Assembly (NCBI GenBank): GCA_965261395.1
Contig: OZ253462.1
Location: 5,120,001 to 5,184,000 of the forward strand
Direction of reading: 5' to 3'
Origin: Candidatus Latescibacterota bacterium
Lineage (GTDB): Bacteria; Latescibacterota; UBA2968; UBA8231
Length of the DNA stretch: 64,000 nt
The position numbers and the translations under genes were made by a program. The notes beneath the pieces were generated by a model. That model did no database searches and was not told the DNA's origin. It worked only from the letters and a program-made list of their open reading frames with translations. Within the stretch, counting starts at the first letter, position 1. The number at the start of each line of letters is the position of its first letter. Shown here in pieces: positions 56,250-64,000 of the stretch.

Positions 56250-58181
56250 TTAATAAGCCAGCGCAATGACGCGCTGGAGGATTTCTCTACCTTGGTCGCT
56301 GGTCACCTTTAGGCGCAACAGGTAGCACCCCGGCCCTACCCGCTCCCCACTCGCCAACATCCCATCCCACACCAAGCCAAAGCGGCCGCTCTGGGCCGTG
56401 CCGCGATACACCGCTCCCAAGCGACGGCCCGACAAATCGTACAGATCCAATGCGACTGGCACCGCTCCCAAGAGATTCAACAGTTCGTATTCAATCTGCA
56501 GCTCGTCGTTGACTCCGTCGCCATTGGGCGTAAACACGGGCGAGACTAGCTTGAGCGCGTTGACCGCCTTGTGTTTCACTTCGACCAAACCCACGCTCAG
56601 CGTATTGCTTTCGACCAGTGGATCGGCGTCGCCCGCGGTGAGCTGCTGCCGCACCTCAAAGGGCCTTTGGCTGTCCGACACCCGGCCGGTGAACATCGTG
56701 CCGAACTTGAACACTTCCACCTGAAAGTCCACCTCAACCAATTCTTCGGTGCGCTGCAAGTCCATGCGCGGGATGCGCAGCGCAAAGCCCTCCGCGTTCG
56801 AGCTCAGGACGTCAAAGCCGACCTCCATCCCGCTAATACGCACCGCGTCAACACCCGTCACCTGCACAGGCGTCTCAATCTCAATGGTGTCAAATCCCAG
56901 ATCGTCCTCTTCAAATTGGGGCAATACCGCATAGGTAAAGGATGTCACCTCTCCCGCTTTTACCTGCGCCGGAACGATCTCGGCCAGTACTTGGGTGGCC
57001 ACCGGCGGGTCCGAAACGCTGAACTGTACATAGTCCAGCCGCCCACCGGCCTCCTTGAGCGATTCAAAGTCGGCGCGCAGTTGCACGTAGCGCCTGGGCC
57101 GATCCGCCTGCATCGCCCCCGTGCTGGCCACAAAATCGTACGCCTGACTCCAAGGTTCCCATTGCTGAGTATCGGGCGTGATCCCGGCCCGCTCGCCCTT
57201 GTTGAGCTTGTTATAGGCTTGGCGCGTCAGCGCCCGACCCTCGGTGTCGAAGCGACTCTGCTCATCGCCGCGAAAGGTGAAGCGCCAGTAGATGTTGGGA
57301 GTCGGCGTGTCGCCGCTGCGCATAGTCAAAGCAACGCGGGCACCCGGCTCGACCACCCCCGACCAGTTCAGATCGCCCAAAGACACCGCTCGGCCCAGAT
57401 CAATGACATTACTCCGATAGCCGGCAAAGGGGGCAAAACCCGCGCCATAGAGCTCAAGTTCGGCCAGCTCCCAGATGCCCCGCGTGTTCTCCGGTGCCCG
57501 GAAGAGCACCTTCTGCACGGGTTCTGCGGGCAGTGCTAGCTCAATGATGGGATCGGTATTTTCCCTGATGTCGTGCAGCACGTCAAAGGCGACGACAGAC
57601 CCCCTGCCGAACCCACCCACGCCGGCCTGCAACTCTCGATGGGGATCTTTGAGCGGATCGCCATCGCTGATACCGATGGTAAAGCTCTCCACGAAGCGGT
57701 CGTGCAGGTGTCTTTCGCGGGGATAAAACTTGATTCGCTCGAGGAAAAACAGCCCGCCGAGATCAAAAATTAGACTTTTGTGTTTGGGGCCATGCTGAGC
57801 AAAGTGCCCATCGCCCAAATAGGCCGTAGTGGGGTCCTCATCCCAAATGAACCAATCATCCACGTCGGGACCACCCCAGCCGATCCAAGTCAGGTAGAGG
57901 ATATCGCCGAGGAACTCGGACTGAGGCAAGAGCGGCGTCAGGTTGACCGCCGGATCGAGTTGGCGCGGTGCGATGTGATTGGGAGTTACTTCGATTAGGT
58001 TGGTCTGGCCGTACCGATCTTCGGCGATGTCGGCCCACGCTAGCTGCACGAACTCTACTCCTTCAACTGCCGCCAACTCCGGGGCCGGCAGATCACTACC
58101 CCCCAGTCGGTAGATCGTCAGCGCGTCAAGCGGGCCGCTAATGAACAGCCACAATCCAAGCCACACCACTACGTGCCTCAT
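56250..58181 (-). CDS. Secreted protein with C-terminal FlgD Ig-like domain (type B paralog)
   Basis: Start MRHVVVWLG after RBS; FTPNGDGVND..YDLSGR..WDG tail. Confidence 0.82.
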   Translation of the reverse strand: MRHVVVWLGLWLFISGPLDALTIYRLGGSDLPAPELAAVEGVEFVQLAWADIAEDRYGQTNLIEVTPNHIAPRQLDPAVNLTPLLPQSEFLGDILYLTWIGWGGPDVDDWFIWDEDPTTAYLGDGHFAQHGPKHKSLIFDLGGLFFLERIKFYPRERHLHDRFVESFTIGISDGDPLKDPHRELQAGVGGFGRGSVVAFDVLHDIRENTDPIIELALPAEPVQKVLFRAPENTRGIWELAELELYGAGFAPFAGYRSNVIDLGRAVSLGDLNWSGVVEPGARVALTMRSGDTPTPNIYWRFTFRGDEQSRFDTEGRALTRQAYNKLNKGERAGITPDTQQWEPWSQAYDFVASTGAMQADRPRRYVQLRADFESLKEAGGRLDYVQFSVSDPPVATQVLAEIVPAQVKAGEVTSFTYAVLPQFEEDDLGFDTIEIETPVQVTGVDAVRISGMEVGFDVLSSNAEGFALRIPRMDLQRTEELVEVDFQVEVFKFGTMFTGRVSDSQRPFEVRQQLTAGDADPLVESNTLSVGLVEVKHKAVNALKLVSPVFTPNGDGVNDELQIEYELLNLLGAVPVALDLYDLSGRRLGAVYRGTAQSGRFGLVWDGMLASGERVGPGCYLLRLKVTSDQGREILQRVIALAY

Positions 58182-58191
58182 CCCATCTTCC

Positions 58192-60153
58192 TTAATAGGC
58201 CATGCCGACGACCCGTTGTGCCCGATCAACTCCTTCGTCCGCTTCCACAGTAAGCCGCAGCAGGTACGTCCCCGGCGGCGCGAGTCGCCCATCGACATCG
58301 CGCCCGTCCCACTCCGCCGTGAACCGGCCGCTGACCTGTTCGCCGCCGTCGATCTGGCCGATCTCGCGCCCTGCCAAATCAAATATCTGGATCGCCACGG
58401 GCGCGGCTTCTACGTTCAGCAAGTCGCACTCGATCTCGACCACGTCGTTAATCCCATCGCCGTTGGGGGTAAAAACGCCGGCCTGCACGCGCAGCCCTTT
58501 GATGCTCTTTTGGGCCAAATCCAGAATATCTACGCTCAAGCGATCGCCCTCTATGAGCGGGTCCGCATCACCGGCCGTCAGCGCCTGCCGCACCTCATGT
58601 GGTTTCTCGCTGTCGAAGACCCGCCCGGCAAAAAGCGTCCCAAATTGGAAGACCTCGGCGCGGAAATCAACCTCGATCCGCTCGCCGGTCCGCGCCGCGT
58701 CGATCCGGGGAATCCCCAATTCAAAGCCTCGCTCGTCCAGCCGCCGGATCTCAAAGTCCACCTCCTCGCCGCTGATCCGCACTGCGTCCACCCCGCCGGG
58801 CAGGCTCGGGGTATCGATTTCAATCGAATCGAAGCCCAAATCCCGGGAATTAAACACTGGGGTCAACACATAGGTAAACGCCGCCGGCTCACCCGCCCGC
58901 ACTGCGCCCGGCGTGATTTCCGCTAGGACTTGGGTCGCAATTGGCGGATCCGACACCGCAAACTGCACGTAGTCGAGTTGACTGCTCCGGTCGCGGATCG
59001 AGTGGAAGTCGGCGCTGAACTGCACGTAGCGACGCGGTTTGTTCGCCTGTATATCTCCCACCCCGGCACTGAAGTCGTAGGCCGGACTCCACGAATCCCA
59101 GTTGCGGGTATCATAAGTAATCCCCGCCTTCTCCCCCTTGTTCAGTTTGGCGTAGCTCTGCCGGGTAAGAGGCCTCCCTTGCTGGTCGAAGGGCGACTTT
59201 TCGTCGCCGCGGAACGTGAAGCGCCAGTAGTTGTTTGGGTCGGGGCTGTCGCCGCTGCGCGTCCGCAGCTCGACGGTGGCCTCTGGATCCTGCCGTCCCG
59301 ACCAAGTCACGGTACCCAGTGCGACCGCCTCTCCTAGGTCAATGATGCTCGAGCGGTAAGTGGCTTCATTGGCGAAGCCGAAGCCGTATATTTCAAACTC
59401 TGCCAGTTCCCAGATCCCGCTCGTATTTTCCGGGGCGTCAAAGAGTAGGCGCTGGACCGGCTCAGAGGGCATGGCCAGCTCCACCACCCCGCTCGAGTTT
59501 TCCTTGATGTCATAGGCGATATCGAAGTCGAAAAAAAAGCCCCGGTGCACGATCGCGTGCTCGCGGGTGCCGTCCTTGAGGGGGTCGCCATCGCTGGTGC
59601 CGACTTTGAATCGCTGGACAAAGCGCTCATTGACGAACTTTTCGCGCGGGAAGAAGCGAATGCGCTGAAGGGTGAATAGGCCGCCGAGGTCGAAGATCCA
59701 GACCTTGGTGTAGATCCATCGTCCCTTGCCCCAGCTCTCATCGAGAGAGCGTCCGCCAAAGAAAATGGATCCCCAAGGCCAGTGGCCGTCGCCTAGATAG
59801 ACGGTTTCGGGGTTGCCGTCGAAGATGAAGCCGTCGTCTTCCTCTAGGTTCTCAGTCCAGCCAGTGTGCGAATGCATGACGAATACGGTGCCGCCGTCCA
59901 ATTCGTAAATTTGCGGTGCGATGTTGACGGCGGGGTCTAGGCGCTGCGGATGGATGAAGTCGGCTTCTACTTCGACCAACTTGATTTGGCCATCGCGGGC
60001 TTCGTCGGCATCGTCCCAAGCCAACGACACGAATTCGTAGGGCGCGTCCAATTCGGGCGGCGGCAGGTTCTGGCCACCGATCCGATAAATCGTCAGCGCC
60101 GGCGCTTGGCTCCAGAAGAAACCGAGGGCCAGCAGAACCAGCGATACCCGCAT
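58192..60153 (-). CDS. Secreted protein with C-terminal FlgD Ig-like domain (type B paralog)
   Basis: Signal peptide; colinear with 56250-58181 (LTIYRxGG, SDGDPLKD, YWRFTFRGDE). Confidence 0.82.
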   Translation of the reverse strand: MRVSLVLLALGFFWSQAPALTIYRIGGQNLPPPELDAPYEFVSLAWDDADEARDGQIKLVEVEADFIHPQRLDPAVNIAPQIYELDGGTVFVMHSHTGWTENLEEDDGFIFDGNPETVYLGDGHWPWGSIFFGGRSLDESWGKGRWIYTKVWIFDLGGLFTLQRIRFFPREKFVNERFVQRFKVGTSDGDPLKDGTREHAIVHRGFFFDFDIAYDIKENSSGVVELAMPSEPVQRLLFDAPENTSGIWELAEFEIYGFGFANEATYRSSIIDLGEAVALGTVTWSGRQDPEATVELRTRSGDSPDPNNYWRFTFRGDEKSPFDQQGRPLTRQSYAKLNKGEKAGITYDTRNWDSWSPAYDFSAGVGDIQANKPRRYVQFSADFHSIRDRSSQLDYVQFAVSDPPIATQVLAEITPGAVRAGEPAAFTYVLTPVFNSRDLGFDSIEIDTPSLPGGVDAVRISGEEVDFEIRRLDERGFELGIPRIDAARTGERIEVDFRAEVFQFGTLFAGRVFDSEKPHEVRQALTAGDADPLIEGDRLSVDILDLAQKSIKGLRVQAGVFTPNGDGINDVVEIECDLLNVEAAPVAIQIFDLAGREIGQIDGGEQVSGRFTAEWDGRDVDGRLAPPGTYLLRLTVEADEGVDRAQRVVGMAY

Positions 60154-60180
60154 AGTACTTCCTCCGCTGAGAGGAGAATC

Positions 60181-62793
60181 CTAATAAGCAACGGCGATGG
60201 TGCGTAGGATTTCGGTGCGGCCAATGCGGGCACCCTCGGTGTCGGTATCGACTCGCACCCGTGCCAGATAGACTCCCGGGGGCACCACCGCCCCCTGCTC
60301 ATCCCGGCCGTCCCACTCCATGCCGTAGATCCCCGTGCTCGTCGGACGATGCTCGGTCAAGCGCCGCACTAGCCGCCCCCGCATGTCGTGGATCAACACT
60401 TCCACCGGACTAGCCCCACCCACCTTGACTACCTGAAAGTGAAACCCCAGCTCGTCGTTGATCCCGTCGCCATTGGGCGTAACCACTCGCGGATCCACTT
60501 CCACCGCCTGCACCAAAGCACCCTCCTGCACCGCCCCCACCAGCGTCGTCGTATTGCTGGCAATGGCTTCCACTGCCTCGCCCGGATCCACCCGTTGCCA
60601 GCCCCCCTCTCCCTCAACACTGTGCTGTAACGATGCCTGCAATACCGCCCCGGTCGAAAACAAGGCCGTTGAAAAATCCAGCCGCACCACCTCCACCTCC
60701 GAAGATGGGCCTATCTCCGAAAACGCCACTTGCAAACTATCGCCGGCGGTGGGGACGACTTCCGCTCCGTCCAAGGCCCAATCGGCTCCCACGTCGGTGG
60801 CCAGTGCCGCCGCCGGACCGCCATATACCCCTTCAAACGCCAAGCGCATATCCGACGGTGCTACTACTAACAACTGATCAAACCCCGGATCGCCGCCGGC
60901 AAACTCTGGGCGCACGTAGAGCGAAAATCGCTGCGGCTGCCCCAACTGCTCCACCGCAAAGGGGGTCACTTCGCCCGACAGCCCCTGCGCGACCGGGTTG
61001 GTAAAATCCAACCGAATCGACCGCAGCGTCGCGCTGTAATCGGGTGCGTCTGACCGTAGCACCGCCCGCACCTCCAAGTACGCCCGCGGCGATGGTGAGG
61101 TAATAGGGCTGCCCTCAGCCACTTCGTAGGGCGCACTCCAGTCGCTCCAGTCCCCACCGGCGACCTCCTCGCCGACAGTGTCGCCGCGAAAAATCGACAG
61201 CAGCTTGTTGTACTCAGCCTCGGAGACTTCGGTGCCGTCTTTTTTGAAATAGCGCAGCACTTCGTCGAGTTGGTTGCCGGTGCGAGTCTGCAAAACTACG
61301 CTAGTCCCCGGCGGCGTATCGGCGTCCCAGGCAATCGACAGCAGATTGCGGCTGTCCCCCAAGCGGATCAAATTGGAAGTCAACACCACCTCCGGGTGAT
61401 ACCCCCGCCCGTAAAGCTGGATCTCCGCTGGCTGGCCGGTGGCTCCGCCGCGGGCCGTGGCACTTTCGACCTGCTCCCAAACCAAGCGAAAGAAGCGCGC
61501 TTTTATCCGCTCGAAATCGTTACCCTCGTAGGCTCCGAATCTGAGATTAGTCTCGCTTTCCCACTTCGACCCCACCGCGGTAGGGGAGGAGGTCTGGCGC
61601 GTCCCCCCAGTGACCCACTTGAGGCTGCCATCCGCTTCGAGACTACCGTCGGAAAAGTCGAGCCGGTAGTCCTTAAATGTCGAGCCACCGTAGGCCATGC
61701 GAAAGGCGTCGATCCAGTAAAAGGCCCCCAAGTCAAAAAAGACGATACCCTCTGGATCTTTGAACGAACCGCGGCCGAAAGAATACAGAAACTGGACCTT
61801 GCTCTCGATCTGGCCGTCAATCAGGTTGTTGATCGCCGCCGTTTGCGTCGCAGTGCCAAACCCACCGCGGGCCAAAGTCCCGGTGAGAATCTCGTCGCCT
61901 TCGGCCCAGACCTCTAATTCGGCCAACCGCGGACGCTCCCGCTGGAAGTAGCGGATCGGCCCCTGCTGCGCGGCGGTTAGCAACTCGTAAATCTCCGACG
62001 GCACCACCGTCTCGCTGCCGTCGGCCTGCTTTTTGTAAAACTCAACGGCCCCCTGATCGCTCGCCGGCAAGGCCTCGTATCGCTCCAAGCTCACCTCCCG
62101 CCCGCGATCAAAGTCACTGCCGGTAATGATGATCTGCAAGAAGCGCATCCCAGTGCCGGCAAAGGTCGGCCCCGAGTTGGTGACTAGCTCAAAAACCCGC
62201 TGTTCCTTGTTGGGCTTTAACGTGCGGAGGATGGTGGTAAACTCGGGCGTGGGCGAACGCTGGTTGCCCTTGGGAATATTGCCCTGTGAGGCCAAGAGGT
62301 CGAACTGGAGGAAGGGATCGCCCAACTCCTCGGCGACGAACTTGAGCACGAGCTTCTTGGCCATCACCAAGCGCCCCAGATCGACGATAAACCACCACTG
62401 AGTGCTCAGATCCAGCTCCTCGGTCGGCGGGTCAGGCTCCCAATAGGTAGTCATATCACCGTCGAAAAGATTTTCCACGCCAGCTACATTGGAGCGGGCA
62501 CCGCCTAGTAGGGCGTCGGCGAGGACGATGTCTTCTGGATCTTTCTTGAGGCCCTTAGGCGGACGCGCCTGCAAGTTGGCGACGATGTCGCCGACGGCAT
62601 TGATATCGCGCCGCAGACTCCGGGGTTGTACCGTCCCGCTGCTCCCTAGTTCCAGCACCCCCGGCGGAAAGTTCCAGTTTTGCCAGTGAGCGCGCCTGTC
62701 AACCACCACTTGATCCGCGGTTATCCGGTATCCCGATTGGGCGAACGCAGTGCCGGCGATCAGCATGGCTAGGACCAAAGAGCGATTCATCAT
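60181..62793 (-). CDS. Large secreted protein with C-terminal FlgD Ig-like domain (type A paralog)
   Basis: Start MMNRSLV; colinear with 53632-56235. Confidence 0.82.
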   Translation of the reverse strand: MMNRSLVLAMLIAGTAFAQSGYRITADQVVVDRRAHWQNWNFPPGVLELGSSGTVQPRSLRRDINAVGDIVANLQARPPKGLKKDPEDIVLADALLGGARSNVAGVENLFDGDMTTYWEPDPPTEELDLSTQWWFIVDLGRLVMAKKLVLKFVAEELGDPFLQFDLLASQGNIPKGNQRSPTPEFTTILRTLKPNKEQRVFELVTNSGPTFAGTGMRFLQIIITGSDFDRGREVSLERYEALPASDQGAVEFYKKQADGSETVVPSEIYELLTAAQQGPIRYFQRERPRLAELEVWAEGDEILTGTLARGGFGTATQTAAINNLIDGQIESKVQFLYSFGRGSFKDPEGIVFFDLGAFYWIDAFRMAYGGSTFKDYRLDFSDGSLEADGSLKWVTGGTRQTSSPTAVGSKWESETNLRFGAYEGNDFERIKARFFRLVWEQVESATARGGATGQPAEIQLYGRGYHPEVVLTSNLIRLGDSRNLLSIAWDADTPPGTSVVLQTRTGNQLDEVLRYFKKDGTEVSEAEYNKLLSIFRGDTVGEEVAGGDWSDWSAPYEVAEGSPITSPSPRAYLEVRAVLRSDAPDYSATLRSIRLDFTNPVAQGLSGEVTPFAVEQLGQPQRFSLYVRPEFAGGDPGFDQLLVVAPSDMRLAFEGVYGGPAAALATDVGADWALDGAEVVPTAGDSLQVAFSEIGPSSEVEVVRLDFSTALFSTGAVLQASLQHSVEGEGGWQRVDPGEAVEAIASNTTTLVGAVQEGALVQAVEVDPRVVTPNGDGINDELGFHFQVVKVGGASPVEVLIHDMRGRLVRRLTEHRPTSTGIYGMEWDGRDEQGAVVPPGVYLARVRVDTDTEGARIGRTEILRTIAVAY

Positions 62794-62803
62794 TATGCTC
62801 CCT

Positions 62804-64000
62804 CTAGTAGGCAACGGCGATGGTGCGGAAAATTTCGGCATTGCCCACCTGGGATCCCTCGGTATCGGTGTCCACGCGCAGTCGCGCTAGATAGACCCCT
62901 GGTGGAACGACTTTGTCCTGTCCGTCGCGGCCATCCCAAGCGATCCAGTACGACCCCGTGCTCAACTCCCGCTGCTCGACCAGCCGCCGCACCAGCCGCC
63001 CTTGCAGATCGTAAATGAGCACCTCCACCGGACTATCATCGCCCACCTTGACCACCGCAAAGCGGAACGACGTCTCGTCGTTGATTCCATCGCTGTTGGG
63101 CGAAAACGCCGCTGGCACCACTGACACCGCTTGTACCAAAGGCCCAGACTCGACTTTTCCCACTAGGGTTGTCGTATTGCTGACGACCTCCGCGACTGCC
63201 TCACCCGGATCTACCCGCTGCCAGCTTCCAACTCCCAATTCGCTGTGCTGCAACGACGCCTGCATCACCGCCCCGGTCGAAAACAGCGCGGTCGAAAAGT
63301 CCAACCGCATCACCTCAACCCCCGAATCAGGCCCCAGCGGCGAAAACGCTACCTGCAAACTGTCGCTTGAAGTAGGCACGACGTCAGCAGCGAGAGCCGT
63401 CCCAGCCGTCTCCCCGGCCGCTAGCTCGGCCGCTGTACCACTATAAAGTCCCTCAAAGCGCAGATTCATGTCGGCGGGAGCGATCAAAAGCAACTGATCG
63501 AAGCCGGGGTCGCCGCGGGCGAAGTCCGGGCGTACGTAAAAGGAAAAACGCTGTTTTTCGCCGAGGTTCTCGACCTCGAAAGGAACAACTTCGCCGACGA
63601 GCTCTTGCGCGACCGGATTGGTAAAGTTGAGCCGGATCGAGCGCAGCGTCGCACTGACTTCTGGATCGTCCGATAGCAGGACCGCGCGGATCTCGAGAAA
63701 TTCGCGCGGACTAGGCGAAGTAATCGGGCTGCCACTGGCGTCTTCGTAGGGCGCACTCCAGTCGCTCCAATCTGCGCCAGCCACCTCCTCGCCGACAGTG
63801 TCGCCACGAAAGATCGACAGCAGCTTGTTGTATTCGGCCTCGGTGACTTCGGTGCCGTCCTTTTTGAAGTAGCGCAGCACTTCGTCGAGTTCGTTGCCGG
63901 TGCGGGTCTGCAAAACTACGCTGGTGCCAGGAGGCACGTCGGCGTCCCACTCGATGGAGGACAAGTTGCGGCTGCCGCCCAAGCGCACCAAGTCGGACGT
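62804..64000 (-). CDS. FlgD-tailed secreted protein (type A paralog), C-terminal part; 5' end outside the window
   Basis: Shares GSPITSPSPRE, WQRVDPGEAV and RTIAVAY with the other type A genes. Confidence 0.8.
   Translation of the reverse strand, partial: TSDLVRLGGSRNLSSIEWDADVPPGTSVVLQTRTGNELDEVLRYFKKDGTEVTEAEYNKLLSIFRGDTVGEEVAGADWSDWSAPYEDASGSPITSPSPREFLEIRAVLLSDDPEVSATLRSIRLNFTNPVAQELVGEVVPFEVENLGEKQRFSFYVRPDFARGDPGFDQLLLIAPADMNLRFEGLYSGTAAELAAGETAGTALAADVVPTSSDSLQVAFSPLGPDSGVEVMRLDFSTALFSTGAVMQASLQHSELGVGSWQRVDPGEAVAEVVSNTTTLVGKVESGPLVQAVSVVPAAFSPNSDGINDETSFRFAVVKVGDDSPVEVLIYDLQGRLVRRLVEQRELSTGSYWIAWDGRDGQDKVVPPGVYLARLRVDTDTEGSQVGNAEIFRTIAVAY

Noticed and set aside
53632-64000. Diversity-generating retroelement acting on the paralog array
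   Set aside because: No reverse transcriptase in the window, and mismatches between copies are mostly synonymous and not adenine-specific.

Overview
GC-rich bacterial chromosome. The gene inventory (FlgD-Ig-tailed giant secreted proteins, CRTAC1/FG-GAP proteins, FGE-like proteins) suggests a Latescibacterota/Gemmatimonadota-like organism; this is inference only. 1-10 kb is a sigma-54-centred block: an NtrC-type regulator, a sigma-70 factor, and a NifA-like GAF regulator driving amtB-glnK-TorF-like porin-glnA, with three readable -24/-12 promoters and two families of candidate enhancer palindromes. 10-28 kb is housekeeping and catabolism (def, fused IOR, rpiA, TRAP transporter, mltF-like, FGGY kinase, pqqL). 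28-42 kb is an accessory hotspot with no integrase or transposase. It holds (i) an AT-rich coupled operon of a 4-TM protein plus two ComEC-like metallo-beta-lactamase (MBL) hydrolases, (ii) toxin-antitoxin (TA) remnants (two dinJ fragments, yafQ split by an inverted hicAB, a hicB fragment) plus intact vapBC, and (iii) a 1761-aa STAND-like ATPase with a partner carrying a HEPN-like motif, inserted inside a sugar ABC operon and flanked by a 79-bp duplication of the host gene's 3' end. 44-64 kb is a cell-surface locus with GT-C glycosyltransferases, FG-GAP/ASPIC proteins and a tandem array of at least five FlgD-tailed paralogs. No rRNA, tRNA or CRISPR array was seen. All family calls come from motif recognition, not database searches.
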